Below are positions 36,531 to 50,732 of a stretch of 64,000 nt of DNA, one piece after another. The stretch lies in assembly GCF_009914755.1 (NCBI RefSeq), contig NC_060926.1. The stretch is one strand, 5' to 3'. The stretch comes from the human T2T-CHM13v2.0 reference genome, Homo sapiens. The position numbers and the translations under genes were made by a program. A model generated the notes under the pieces. It worked only from the letters and a program-made list of their open reading frames with translations, ran no database searches and was not told where the DNA came from. Within the stretch, counting starts at the first letter, position 1, and every line of letters starts with the position of its first letter.

Positions 36531-39500
36531 AAAGAGATGAAGCAGCCTGTGTCAGTTTCCCATAGAGCGATTCCCCACAGGACCATGCAATGTGGACCTA
36601 ATATCTCTACACATGCAGGAGTTTGCAACACAGAACTAGAACCGCAAAATTATGAAACTCAGAGCTTACATAACAAACTACTGACACATCTTCCCAACTT
36701 CTCTTCTGGAGAGAGGGAGATTTTATGTTTTGCTCTGGAAAACAAACAAATCGCCTCATGGGAGAAGAGGGGAAATTCTTCAATCTGATACATAAGCAAT
36801 GTCCCTAGAGAGATGAAAAGATGTTTTTAGACTTTCTTTATTACCCTTACAATGGGAACAAATGGCTCTGGAAGAGAGGAAACATTCTCTTTTTATAGTG
36901 AGTCCATGTCCATTGCTCAGAAGGCCTGACCCATACAGGAACACCAAGAAAACAGGAAGAATTGTCTTCTAACACTAATTAGCCCAGCAAGGAATTATAA
37001 ACCCAGGAAGCACATTTTTGGACCAGATGATATGAAAGAACATATACATCTTCTACAGCCTAAAAAAATTAAAAATTAATATGAAGAATAAAAGGCCCTT
37101 GATTTGGGGAACTTCTGTCCCAGAGGAGTCTCTGGGAACAGAGGCAGTATTATGTTAGTGTGAGAAAAACACACACATCAATGAAAGAAAGAGGAGGCAG
37201 CAGGGAACCCTCCCACCCCCCACCTTATACCCCTTAGGTGTCAGGGATATCCTTTACCTTACCTGGTAGCTGAAATGAGGTAAACCAATGTGAAAGTGAA
37301 CCCAACCAAGTTCAAGTAGTTAGTCACATTGGTCCTCAAAGTGAAACCACCTTTGAGCACTCATTTCACACAGCCCAATTTCCCAGTAACCATGTGAATC
37401 CCCAGGGTCTTATGGTAAATAAACTATTTTACAAGAAATATTCATATCTTATATCAAATATTTGTTATTCGTAAAAAATCTTATGAAATTGGTGGAGTGG
37501 GAGCTATGATTATCCCTATTACATATATTAACACAAAATGTGGCTCCAGAAAAGAAAACAACCAACAAGATTACACATAGTTGATTAATGGCAGAAATAA
37601 GATTCGAGCCCACTTTCCACGTGCAGATTCTGTGATTTCACACTAACATAACACTGCCTTCTCATAACTGCACTAGGCTGATACAACCAGGAGATATTAA
37701 AATCTAATAAATAATGTCAGCTTTTTTCTTGGAACTTTCAAATCATTCAAATAACAAGTATGATAATTTTCAAGCCATTGATTTGTTTTATTGTTGTTGC
37801 TATTGTTTTAAGAGTATTTTTAAAAGTCATCCAATTGTTGCGGTATTGTGGGGCCTAAGCATTTCACCTTGATATATGAATAAAGGCTTGAGTTACATTT
37901 TCTCTTCCTTTCTTAATAATGAATTATTCAATTTTTAAAATTCCTGACATGGTTTAGGGTAGATAGGATGGGAAAGAGACAGGAAAGGATTTGTGTTCTC
38001 TGAGCCTGTGGTCAGGTTGAAGTGCTGGGGCTTTGAACTCCAAGAGAGAGTGAGCCAGAACTCTGGTAACAAATGCCAGTCACTATCCACCCCTCAGTAT
38101 AAAAGAACTTCTATGGATCAATTTGCTAAGTACATGCAAAATTTGAAGAGCTAAAAAAAAAAGTATTAAACCTCTTTTTTAAAAATCAGACATGGCCCCC
38201 CAGACCAGGTGAGCAGTCCTGTGCCTGTGTTTCAGACCGGAGAAACAGACCCATGGGCCATCCCTGATAGGCATGTCCCTAGGTCAGCTAAGCAGCTGTG
38301 CACCCATATCCTGGGCCTGAGAACTAGCCCTGCCAACTTGCCCTAGCAGGCACCCCTCCAGGCTGACTTAGCAATTGTGCACCCATGCCCCCAGCCAGCA
38401 AAAGAGCCCCATGGCCCCAACCTGAGCAATCCAGACCCCATATTGGCCAATCCACCAACCCACACATGCCCCTAACCTAAGAAACACCAAGAAAGCCCAA
38501 CCCCAGCAAATTCATGCCACCACTACCACAAACAATCTCAGCCTAGGTTACGGAGACACTCACAAACATCACTAGCATGGATTATTGCTGAAGCAACTAC
38601 ACAGAGACTACACTACTGTGTCCATCTACAACCAAAGCCAATGCACCCCATAAAACCAACACCCCAAGATCCATCTATATGAATGAGTATTTTCCTAAAA
38701 AATCTACTCCATACAGTTGGAAGAGGCAACTGTTCCATCAGATTCATAGAAGTCAACAGAGGAACACATCAAACATGAAAAAGCAAGGAAACATGACACC
38801 TCCAAAGGAACATAATAATTCTCCTGTAACAGACCCCAATCATAAGGAAATATACTAAATGCCAGGAAAAATTTTCAAAATAATAATCTTAAGGACACTC
38901 AGGAAAATATTAAAGAATACAGATAGATAATTGAGTGAAATAAGAAAAACAATTCATTATGTAAAAGAGAAATTCAAGAAATAAACGGACACGTTTTTAA
39001 ATCAAAAATCCCAGAGCTGAAGAATTCAATAACTGAAATAAAAAATACAGTCAAGAGCTTCAACAATAGACTATACCAAGCAAAAGAAAAGGCCTCTTGA
39101 AATAACACAGGTAGAAAATAATAACAACAACAAAAAGAATAAAAAAGAAAAGAAAGCTTACAGGACTTACAGGACACCATTAAGTGAAAAAATATTTACA
39201 TTACAGATGTTCCAGAAAGAGAAGAAAAGAGGAAAGCTGCAGAAAATATATTTAATGAAATGACAGCTAAAAACATTCTAAGTCTTGGGAGAGAGATGGA
39301 CATCCAGATCTAGAAAGCTCAAAGAACTCAAAAAAGATTTAACCCAAACAGCTTTTCTCCAAGGCACATGATAGTCAAATTGTCAAAAATCAAAGACAAA
39401 GCATTCTTAAAACAGCAAGAGAAGTGTCAAGTTACATATAAGGAAATCCATATTAGTCTAACAGTGAATTTCTCAGTAAAAATCTTACAAGCCAGAAGAT

Positions 39501-39599
39501 AATGGAATGATATATTAAATGTACTGAAAGAAAAAGAAAACTGTCAACCAAGAATATTATTACCCGCAAAACTACCCTTCAGAAATGAAGGAGCAGTAA

Positions 39600-39925
<326 letters not shown>

Positions 39926-40270
39926 AGACTGAGGAAATTTATCACAACTAGTCTGGCCTTACAAGAAATGCTCAAAGGACTCTTACATGTGGAAGTGAAA
40001 AGATGATAACCACCATCAGGAAAACAAGTAAACTATAAAACTCACTGGTTTGTCCAATAAACAAAAAATAAAGATAAATGAATCAAAACTTATTACTATA
40101 GAAAACCATCCAACCACAAAAATAAATAATAATAGAAGAAATAAAGGAAAGAGAATATACAAAATAATCAGATACAATCAATACAATCACAGGAGTGAGT
40201 CCTCCCTTAATAGTAATAATAACTTTGAATGTAAAAGATTAAAATTTGTTTAAAAGATATAGACAACTGG

Positions 40271-40582
<312 letters not shown>

Positions 40583-42822
40583 AAAAGATATAGACAGCTG
40601 CATGAATAAAAATTCAAAACCCAACTATATGCTGTCTATAGGAAAATTGCTTCACCTGTGAAGCAGCACATCACATCACCAGTGATGTGTGAACACACAT
40701 CAACTGAAAATGAAGGGATATAAAAAGATATTCCACGTAAAAGGAAACCAAAAGCAAACAAAAGTAGCTACACTTAAATCAGACAACACAGACTTTAAGT
40801 CAAAAAATAAAAGGAGACAAATAATGACATTATATAGGAATAAAGGGATAGATTCAGTGAGAGAATATAATAATTATAAATATATATCCACCCAACACTG
40901 AACCACACAGATATATAAATCAAATATTATTACATCTAAAAGGAGAGATAGACACTTGTGAAATAATATTTGGGATTTCTCATTCTCAGGATTGAACATG
41001 TTATCTGGACAGAAAATCAACAAAGAAACATCAAATTTATACTGCACCATATACCAAACGGACCTAACAGACATTTGCAGAATATTGCACCCACCAGCTG
41101 CATAATATACATTCTTTTCAGATTCTCCAGAATGAAACATATTTTAGGACACAAAACAAGTCTCAAAAGATTTTTTAAATCAAAATTATATCAAATATCT
41201 TATCTAACCACAATGGAATAAAATTAGAAATCAATAACAAGAGGAGCCTTGGAAACTACACAAACACATGGAAATTCAACATGTTCCTGACTGACCAATG
41301 GGTAAAGGAAGAAATTTAATATGAAAACTTAAAATTCCTCGAAACAAATAAAAATAGAAACACATCATACGAAAACCTATGGGACACAGCAAAAGCAGTA
41401 TTAAGAGGTAAGTTTATAACAATAAATGCCTATATCAAAAAAACTATATAAAAAACTAGAAATATTTTAAATAAACAACTTAATGATACATCTGAAGGAA
41501 CTAGAAAAGCAAGAACAAACCAAACTCAAAATCAGTAGAAGGAAAGAGATAATAAAGGTCAGAGCAGAAATAAATAAAATTGAGACCAAAAAATATAGAT
41601 GATCAATGAAACAAAAAGTTGGTTTATTGAAAAGATAAACAAAATTGACAATACATTAGCTAGACTAAGAAAAAATAGAGAATACCCAAATAATAAAATC
41701 AGAAGCAAAAAAGGAGACATTACAATTGATACCACAGAAATAGAAAGGACATCAGAGACTACTATGAGCAAATATATGCCAATAAATTTGAAAATCTAGA
41801 GCAAATGAATAAATTTCTAAATACATATATTCTACCAAGATTAAACTAAGAAGAAATAGAGAACTTGAAAAGATCAATAACAGGCAACAAGATTGAAATA
41901 GTAATAAGAAGTTTCCCAAAAAAAAAAAAAAATCCAGGATTGGATGACTTCACCCCTGAATTCTGCCAATAACTTTAAAGAAAAAGTAATACTAATTATT
42001 CTCAAACTATTCCAAAAAATGAAGCAGAGGGACTCCCCCTCATTTTACAAGGCCAGCAAAACTCTAATACCAAAACAAAAAAAGAACACACACACACATG
42101 CACAAAAGAAAACTATAGCCCTATATGCCTGATGAACAAAGATGCAAAAATCCTCAACAAAATACTAGCAACCTGAATCCAACAATACATTAAAAGGTCA
42201 TTCATCATGACCAAGTGGGGTTTATCCCAGGCATGCAAAGATGGTTCAACATATGCAAATCAATAAATGTGATACATCGCATAACCAGAATAAAGGATAA
42301 AAACCATATGATTATCTCAATAGATACAGAAAAAGCATTTGATAAAATTCAACACAGCTTCATGATAAAAATCTCTCAATAAATAAGGTATAGAAGGAAA
42401 GTACCTCAACACAATAAAGGCCATACATGACAAACTCACAGCTAACATCATGCTTGATAGGGAAAAGCTGAAAGCTTTTTCTCTAAGAATTAGAACAAGA
42501 CAAGGAAGCTGATGCTCACCACTCTTATTCAACATAGTACTGGAAGTTCTAGCCAGAGGAATTAGACAACGAAAGAAAGAAAGAGCATCCAAATTGGAAA
42601 GAAGGAAGTCACATTGTCCCAGTTTGCAGATGACATAGAAAAACCTAAAGACTCTACCAAAAAAAAACTTTTAGAATTGATAAACAAATTCAGTAAAGTT
42701 GCAGGATACAAAATCAACATACAAAACTTAGTAGCATTTCTATATACTAACAATGAACCAACCGGAAAAGAAATCAAGAAGGCAATCCCATTTACAATAG
42801 CTACCAAAAAAAAAATACCTTG

Positions 42823-43164
42823 TATATTAGTTCATTTTCACATTGCTGATAAAGACATAGCCAAGACTGGGTAATTTATAAAGAAAAAGAGGTTTAATGG
42901 ACTCACAGTTCCATGTAGCTGGGGAGGCCTCATAATCATGGCAGAAGGTGAAAGTCACATCTTACATGGCAGCAGGCAAGAGACAATGACAGCCAAGCAA
43001 AAGGAGAAGCCATATATCAGATCCCGTGAGACTTATTCACCACCACAAGAACAGTATAGAAGAAAACACCCCCATGATTCAATTATCTCCCACTGGGTCC
43101 TTCCTACAACACGTGGGAATTATGGGAGCTACAGTTTGGTTGGGGACACAGACAAACTATATCA
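42823..43164 (-). mobile_element. THE1B-type MaLR solo LTR nested in L1 ORF2
   Basis: ttgctgataaagacat..actgggtaatttataaagaaaaagaggtttaatggactcacagttcca; ends ggggacacag.caaactatatca; TSD (C/T)CTTG. Confidence 0.93.
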
Positions 43165-43609
43165 TCTTGTAATAAATATAACCAAAGAAGTGGAAAACTT
43201 CTGAAGGAAAACTACAAAACACTGATGAAATAATTGAAGAGACTATAAAAGAATGGAAAGATATGCCATGCTCATGGATTGGAAGAATTAATATTGTTAA
43301 AATGACCATATTACCCAAAATAACATACAGATTCAATACAATCCTTGTCAAAATACCAATGACATTAGTCACAAAAATAGGAGAAAAAAATCTTAGAATT
43401 TATATGGAACCACAAAAGACCCTAAATAGCCAAAACAATCCTAAGCAAAAAGAACAAAACTGGAGGCATCATACTACCAGACTTCAAAAGATACTAAAAC
43501 GCTGTAGTAACCAAGACATCATGGTACTGGCATAAAAATCGACTCATAGACCAATGGAACAGAATAGAGAATCCAGAAATCAATCCGTGTATATACAGCC
43601 AACTGATTT

Positions 43610-43790
43610 CTTTTTATTTTAATTTCTGTACATAGTAGGTGTATATACTTATGGTGTACATGAGATGGTTTGATATAGGCATGCAATGCATAATAATCAC
43701 ATCATGTAAAATGGAGTATCTATCCCCTTAACTATTTATCTTTTGTGTTACAAACAATCCAGTTATACACTTTTAGTTATTTTAAAATGC
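43610..43790 (-). mobile_element. L1MA2-type 3' end nested in L1 ORF2, TSD ACTGATTT
   Basis: tacatagtaggtgtatata..tatggtgtacatgagat..gttacaaacaatccagttatac; ACTGATTT at 43602-43609 and 43791-43798. Confidence 0.88.
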
Positions 43791-45280
43791 ACTGATTTTT
43801 TGACAAAGGAATGAAGGATATTCACTGTGGAAAGGACAATGTCTTCAACAAATAATACTGGGAAAACCAAATATCCCCTAGGTAGAAGAATGAAACTAGG
43901 CCCCCACCTCTCACCCTATACAAAAATCATCTCCAAATGGATCAAAGACCTAAATGTAAGACCCAAAACTATAAAACCACTAGAAGAAAACATAGAGGAA
44001 ATACGTCAGGACATGGATCTGGAAAAAATGATTTTATGAATAAAATCTCAAAAGCACAGGCAATGGAAGCAAAAATAAACAAATGGGATAATATCAAATA
44101 AAAAAGCTTCGTCACAGCAAAGAAAACAACAGAGTGAAAAGACAATCTACAGAATGGTAGAAGATATTTAGAAACTATTCATCCAACTGGAAGTTAATAT
44201 CCAGAATATACATGGAACTCAAATATCTCAACAACAACAAAAAATTTCAAATAAAAATCAGCAAATGATCTGAACAGGTGTTGCTCAAAAAAAAAGACAT
44301 ACAAATGGCCAACAAATATATTTTATAATGATTAAGAAACATCACTAATTATCAGGGAAATGCAAATCAAAACCACAATGAAGAATCTTCTCACCCTATT
44401 TAGAATGACTAATATCAAAAAGACATAAAAAGTGCTGGTGAAGATGTGGAGATTAGGGAACTGTGGGAATGTAAGCTAGTACAGCTACAATGGAAAACAG
44501 TAGAGAGGTTCCTCAAAAAAATTACAAATAGAACTACCATATGATCCTGTAGTTCCACTACTGGGCATTTATCCAAAGGAAATGAAATCAGTATATCAAA
44601 GAGACATCTGCATCCCCACTTTTATGGCAGCACTATTCATAAGATATGGAATCCACCAAGGTTCCCAATAATAGATGAATGGATAAAGAAAATGTGGTAT
44701 ATATACACAATTGAATATTATTTAGCCATTAAAAAGAATGAAATTCTTACATTCATAACATGGATGGAACTGGAGGACATTATGTTAAGCAAAATAAGCC
44801 AGGGATAGAAATTTGAACATGCATGTTTTCACTCGTATGTAGAAACTTAAAAAAAGTGGATCTCATAGAAGTAGAATGTAGAACAGAGGATACTGAAGAC
44901 TGGGAAGGGTAGGGGGAAGAGGAGGATAGGGAGAGATTTGTTAAAGAATACAAAATTACAGCTAGGAAGGAGAAATAAGTTCTAGTGTTTTACACCACTG
45001 TAGGATGAGTATAGTTAATAACAATATATTATATAGTTTTAAATAACTAGAAGGAGGATATTCAGTGTTCACAGCACAAAGAAATGATAAATGTTTGAGA
45101 TGATGGATCTGCTAATTATCCTGATCACTGTACCTTATATGTGTTGAAACATCACTCTTTACCCCAAAAATACATACAATTATTATATGTCAATGGTTAA
45201 ATAAAATAATATATAATCAATTAATTAATAATGTTAATTGCTATTGAAGCATATTCCTAAACTTTACTCAAATGGGTGAA

Positions 45281-45702
45281 GTTTGAAACCATTTATACAC
45301 ATAATAATTTCTGCACACATCTAAATAAATTAACCTTAGTTTCTGAGAATCAGAAAAAAACTCTCTTTCTAAAATAAAAAGTTGTTTTGCATAGATTATT
45401 TTTCCTCTTTATTCAAATCCACCTGACTTTTAATCATTTTATGGAGAATTTCATGCATGTAGAGGAAGGTAGTTTGAAAACCATTTCTACACGTAATAAT
45501 TTGAAGTTCAAAAACCATTTCTACACATAATAATTTCTACACACATCTAAATAAACTAACCTTAGTTTCTGAGAATCAGATAAAAACGCTTTTCTTTTTC
45601 TAAAATAAAGAGTTGTTTTGCATAGATTCTTTTTCCTCTTTGTTTATATCCAACTGACCTTTAATCATTTTATGGAGAATTTCATGCATGTAGAGGAAGG
45701 TA
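45281..45702 (+). repeat. ~190-bp tandem duplication with a ~30-bp partial third copy at the junction
   Basis: copies at 45281-45471 and ~45506-45702 both end tttaatcattttatggagaatttcatgcatgtagaggaaggta; partial copy 45472-45502. Confidence 0.95.
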
Positions 45703-46381
45703 TTTCATGCAAGAAACTGCAGCCTTTGAGTGCTGTAAGTTTGTCCATGAACTGTGATTATGCACATAAGAGAATGCACTTTTTGCATTTCAATAAGCCA
45801 CAGAATAGTCCAGTTCAAAACATGCAGTTTAATGAAATGGTAATGATTTCATTAATATATCAAGCCATGTCTAATTCCTTTCAAGGGACATGAGACAATT
45901 TACATTCACTTTGAATGCATAATAATAAGTAGTTCAATTGGCAATAGTTAAATGGGTCTCTACAATCAGAGCCCTGATACAGACATTGTTGCAAAATCAT
46001 TAGAAATTGTTGTAAAGGAACATGAATTGAGGTATAATGCTGAAATTGTAGAAATTTATTCTGGTTATAATTATACATGAGGTAAATAATTAAGCCAAAA
46101 TTGAAGGGCTTATTCATCAAAAGTTTGGAATTCTCAACTGCCTATCTGATTCTTGTTAAAAAGTCAAAGAACTTTTTAATATCCCTTTATACATTGTTCC
46201 TTAGAGACCTCTCTGTTAGCAGGTGGAAAGAGGAAGAGGGGCTGCAGACAGAAAGAAAGAGAATCAGAATTGTGCCTAGATATGGAAGTCAGGAGGAATT
46301 TATGAGGTAATCATGTGGTCTGAGGGACCCTGTGTCAGGCAAATAATCAATATATCATCTTATTTTCACTGCATGACTATC

Positions 46382-46743
46382 TGTTATGAACTGAATTTTT
46401 GTGTTCCTCCAAAACTGATATGTTAAAATCTAACCACCAATGTTATAATATTTTGGAAATGGGAATTTGGGGAGTTAATTCGTTCATGAGGGTGGAGCCC
46501 TCATGAATGAGACCAGTGCCTTTATAAGAAGAGCCCAGAGAACTAGCAGGTTCTCCTTCCACCATATGATGATAGGAGAAGTCTGCAGTCTGCAACCCAG
46601 AAGCAGACACTCAACAGAAAACGACTCTGTTAGCACCTTGATCCAAGACTTCCAGCCTCCAGACCATGAGAAATAAATTTCTGTTGTTTGCAAACCACCA
46701 ACTCTATAGTACTTTGTTATAGCAGCCCAACCTGACTAAGATA
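46382..46743 (+). mobile_element. MLT1A0 MaLR solo LTR
   Basis: catgagggtggagccctcatgaatg; gacttccagcctccagac.atgagaaataaatttctgttg; ends gactaagata. Confidence 0.9.
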
Positions 46744-46764
46744 TCTTCCTACATAGCGTTAACA

Positions 46765-46905
46765 GTTATCTCCCCATTTTACAAATAAGAAAATCAAGGC
46801 TGGAGGGAAAGCCATCCAAGTTCATACAGCTACTATTTTGGAACTGGAAGGTCAACTCCATTCTGTTTAACTCCCAAGTCTATACTCCTTTTCACTGTAT
46901 CATGC
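46765..46905 (-). mobile_element. MIR SINE
   Basis: tatctccccattttacaaataagaaaatcaaggct. Confidence 0.7.
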
Positions 46906-47717
46906 TTTTGGAGATGCTCCAAAGGGAAGAGAGTTTCCAAAGGAAGAAAGGGCAAATAGATTTAAATATTCCAAAAAGGTTGAAGATAAAGAGGGCAAGA
47001 CTTGATTTTAAAATTATGAAATTATTAATAACCTTTTTAAGAACAGGTGCATAGAATTTTTGAGTGAGAATTTATGACATCATATTGCAAAGGGTGATAT
47101 GAGGAATAAATGGAAACCAATGTCATAGCTATTGTTTCAAGAAGTGTGCTGGTGAATGGTGAGCAAAGATGCAACAAGAGCTGGAGCAGGCAGAGGGCTG
47201 AAAGAAGCTTGCTTCAGGATGGATGTGTGAAGGCTGAAGGAGGGATTCACAATGGAGGCAAAGGCAGAGATCCTGAATGGCTCAAGATCCCAAAGGAAGA
47301 GCAAAGGCTGTGGAGAGATTGGCCCTGAAGACAAAAGGGGCAGGAAAGAGAAGCAAAGTGGACCAAGACGCAGAGGAAATTTGACATGGGGGGTGGGCAG
47401 TGAGAGAACTCCACTCCTGAGAGCAAGAGTGAAAGAGGAAGATTGGAAACAAAAAGAGACTGTCCTCACAGCTAAGATATGAGAGTGGCTTTTGTGGGTA
47501 AAATCTCTCCTAGGTGGTGTCTCCTTTATTTTGAGGCATCCAAAACAAAACTTGTCAATGTGGGTGTAGGAGAGAGCATTACAACTCTGCTAGCATTGGA
47601 TTCTGAAACTATGGAACTCTGAAGGAGAAACTGAGTTTAAAGTCTTCAGCAGATTAAAATTAACCACCACTTACTCAGTGCTTACTCTGCACTGGGTGCT
47701 GTACAAAAAGCTGACCT

Positions 47718-48017
47718 GGCCAGGCATGGTGACTCATGCCTATAATCCCAGCACTTTGGTAGGCCGAGGCTGGTGGATCACTTGAGGTCAGGAGTTCGAG
47801 ATCAGCCTGACCAACATGGTAAAACCTTGTCTCTACTAAAAATACAAAAATTAGCCAGGCATGTTGGCGGGCACCTGTAATCCCATCTACTCAGGGAGGC
47901 TGAGGCAGGAGAATCGCTTGAACCTGAGAGGTGGAAGTTGCAGTGAGCCGAGTTCTTGCCACTGCACCCCAGCCTGGGTGACAGACTGAGACCCTGAGAC
48001 CTTGTCTAAAAAAAAAA
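47718..48017 (+). mobile_element. AluSx/Sz inserted in a minus-strand L2 relic
   Basis: ggccaggcatggtgactcatgcctataatcccagcac; gatcacttgaggtcaggagttcgag; A tail. Confidence 0.96.
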
Positions 48018-48679
48018 TTGTTGACCATACGGAGATAAGTAAGACAGTGACTCTGAAAGAATGCAGAGTCCAGTAGGAGAGACCAAGGTATAAATAATTA
48101 TAACCTGTGATAAGTGCACTAGAAGAGGCACACTAAAGGGGGAATGAACACGGAGGAGTACGTAATCACCTCCAGAACCCGCCACTGAGGAGGAGATGCA
48201 TTATCATGTGTTGTTGATGGAATTAATTAATTCTGCCTATGAGAAGGCTTTAGAGAGGAAATGACAAGTGACCTAGACCTTGAAGGATGCATAGCATACA
48301 TCCAGGCACAGGTGGAGGTGTGGGCACCAGCTGTCTCCAGTCTGGTCAGGAAGGCCTTTGGGAGCTCATCCTAGAGCTAAGCATTCACCCACTTTGGCCC
48401 TGACTGAAGGGGCATGAAGACTTCTTGGAAGAAGCAGATTTGGGCTCACAGGCCTAGAGAGCCACATAGTGGCTCAGCCCCTGACTGTTGGCACCCACTC
48501 TAAGGCTTCTGGACAGCACATAGCAGGTTGGAAACACCAGATTCCCAAGAACCATAGGCTTGTCTTCCAACAGAGATTATCATAAAGCTCTCTCAGGTCA
48601 TGCAGAAAGAGAAAACATTCTTTATTCAGGGAAACTGGGTCTAAGTCTCGGTTTAGTCACTGGTCATCTCTGACCTTGA

Positions 48680-48955
48680 GGGTTCAGGTTCCCCAGCAAA
48701 TAGACTCTGAAATGGAGAATTGTAGGCAGAAGGCAGAAGGAATATTCTTGGGAACATGTCTACAACTGCTCTTAGGAACTACTCTTGAAACGTCACTTGA
48801 TGGAGTGAGAGAAGCAAGCCTGGGCAGGGGAAGAAGTTGAGCCACCATGCAGTGGCCTCAGCTGCGGGGTGTCAACAGCTAAGAGTCTGGCTGCCAGAAA
48901 AGGGGCGTCCTGGTCCTCAAGAGGCAGATAAGGGTGAGGCAGCCCAACGCCCACC
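48680..48955 (-). mobile_element. ERVL LTR16C-like fragment within a MIR
   Basis: ggttccccagcaaatagactctgaaatggaga...gagtgagagaagcaagcctgggcaggggaagaagttgag. Confidence 0.5.
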
Positions 48956-49269
48956 TTAAGGGAGACAATAACAGCTTCCCCATTCAGGTGCTATGAGGAT
49001 TCGATGAACTAATTTTTGTGAATGGTCTACTTTACAGTCAGGGCTTAACAAATATTAAGTTGTCTTTCTCTTCCTCTCAATGACTGACTCCTCTCTCTTC
49101 ACTACTATCTAAGACGGTGATGTTGAGAGGTCATGTCAACAATCTCACTACCCAAAATGTGGCAGCAATCTTACTACCCAAAATGAGAGACAGTCATTGT
49201 CAATTCATTTAGGAGTAGGAGTCTAGGTCTTTCTACTTACTTAACCTTTTCAACTAGATTTACAATAGG

Positions 49270-49600
49270 GATCTGAAACTTTTAACATACCCCCTAAAGA
49301 GAACCCTTTATTTCTTCCCTCAACCAAGCCATTCATCACTCAGTCTTTTCTATCAGTAAAATGAATCCATTATCCACCCATTTTTACCTTTCAGTTCTCT
49401 CCATATCCAATCAATCAGAAGATCTGTAACTTCCAAGACATATCTATTTCTCTCATCTCTACAATTAACCCTGAGTTGCAGCCCACATCATCTTTTACCT
49501 GGATTATTGGATGGCCTTGTAACTGCCTGTCCTGCTTCTATTTGCATACTATATCCATTCTTCCAATCTTCTCATATTGTCTAGAGTGATCTTTTTAATA
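49270..49600 (+). mobile_element. LINE-2 fragment
   Basis: catatccaatcaatca...catcatcttttacctggattatt...gagtgatctttttaa. Confidence 0.65.
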
Positions 49601-50411
49601 CTTTTGGAATGTTTGATTTTTAAAAATCATTTTTATTATTTGTATATAAATACAGGTATATGATTTTATATGAATGATATTACATGTATACTTTTCCTAT
49701 TTAGTTTTTTTTTATTTTTTTTTGTTTGGTTTCCCATCTTCCCCCTTCACCTACATCAACCTCCCCACTCCTCAAACACTGTAGTCCATCTTAATAAGCT
49801 ATATTTCTCCTCATCTGCACCCATTATTATTTTTCTGTGTTATTTCAATTTTCTAGAGATATATATGTGCATATACATATCTGTATGCATATAGGATGCA
49901 TTTTGTCAGTTTGATTTATAAAAATGGAATCCTAATATATGTATTTGATTGCATCATGCTTTTCTCATTCAATAATAATTAGTGGTAAGACCAATCAACC
50001 AAGTAGCTAACTCATTTTTAAGAACTTTATAGTATTCTATGGTATGTGCTCAAACACAGTTTATTTATGTATTCAATTATTGATAGGTACTCACTTTGCT
50101 CACTTTGTTTTTCTTTGCTTTCCCACTATGAATAATACCACATGAATCATCCTTACTTATGAGTTCTTAAATCATGGGAATTTAATAGTTACATTACGTG
50201 AGAAAGATCAGCATGAGTAGATCTGCTGGGACAAAGTATATATTTGGTTTTTATTTTAATAGATGTTGCCCATTGCTTTATAAAAAGATTATAACTTTTG
50301 ACATTTCTCCAAGCTAAAACTAAAAGTACTGTTCTCCTCTCATCCTTGCCAGCTATCAGTTTTATGTTTCTCTTTAAATCTTGCCAATCAATGGGTATAA
50401 GATTATATCTT

Positions 50412-50699
50412 GGCCGGGCGCGGTGGCTCACGCCTGTAATCCCAGCACTTTGGGAGGCCGAGGCGGGTGGATCATGAGGTCAGGAGATCGAGACCATCCT
50501 GGCTAACAAGGTGAAACCCCGTCTCTACTAAAAATACAAAAAATTAGCCGGGCGCGGTGGCGGGCGCCTGTAGTCCCAGCTACTGGGGAGGCTGAGGCAG
50601 GAGAATGGCGTTGAACCCGGGAAGCGGAGCTTGCAGTGAGCCGAGATTGCGCCACTGCAGTCCGCAGTCCAGCCTGGGCGACAGAGCGAGACTCCGTCT

Positions 50700-50730
<31 letters not shown>
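50412..50730 (+). mobile_element. AluYb lineage, Yb11-type, full length, A30 tail, perfect 13-bp TSD AAGATTATATCTT
   Basis: 7-bp GCAGTCC duplication (50657-50670) and other Yb8 diagnostics; C>G at Alu position 174 (50585), extra T at 200/201 (50611-50612), G>A at 50671; TSD 50399-50411 and 50729-50741. Confidence 0.95.

Positions 50731-50732
<2 letters not shown>

Noticed and set aside
40689-44039. L1 ORF2-like peptides as a functional reverse transcriptase
   Set aside because: Fragmented by stops, frameshifts and nested insertions; the same applies to 51448-53355 and 62293-62535
49140-49185. 20-bp direct repeat caatctYactacccaaaatg (period 26)
   Set aside because: Ordinary slippage-scale duplication with no associated feature
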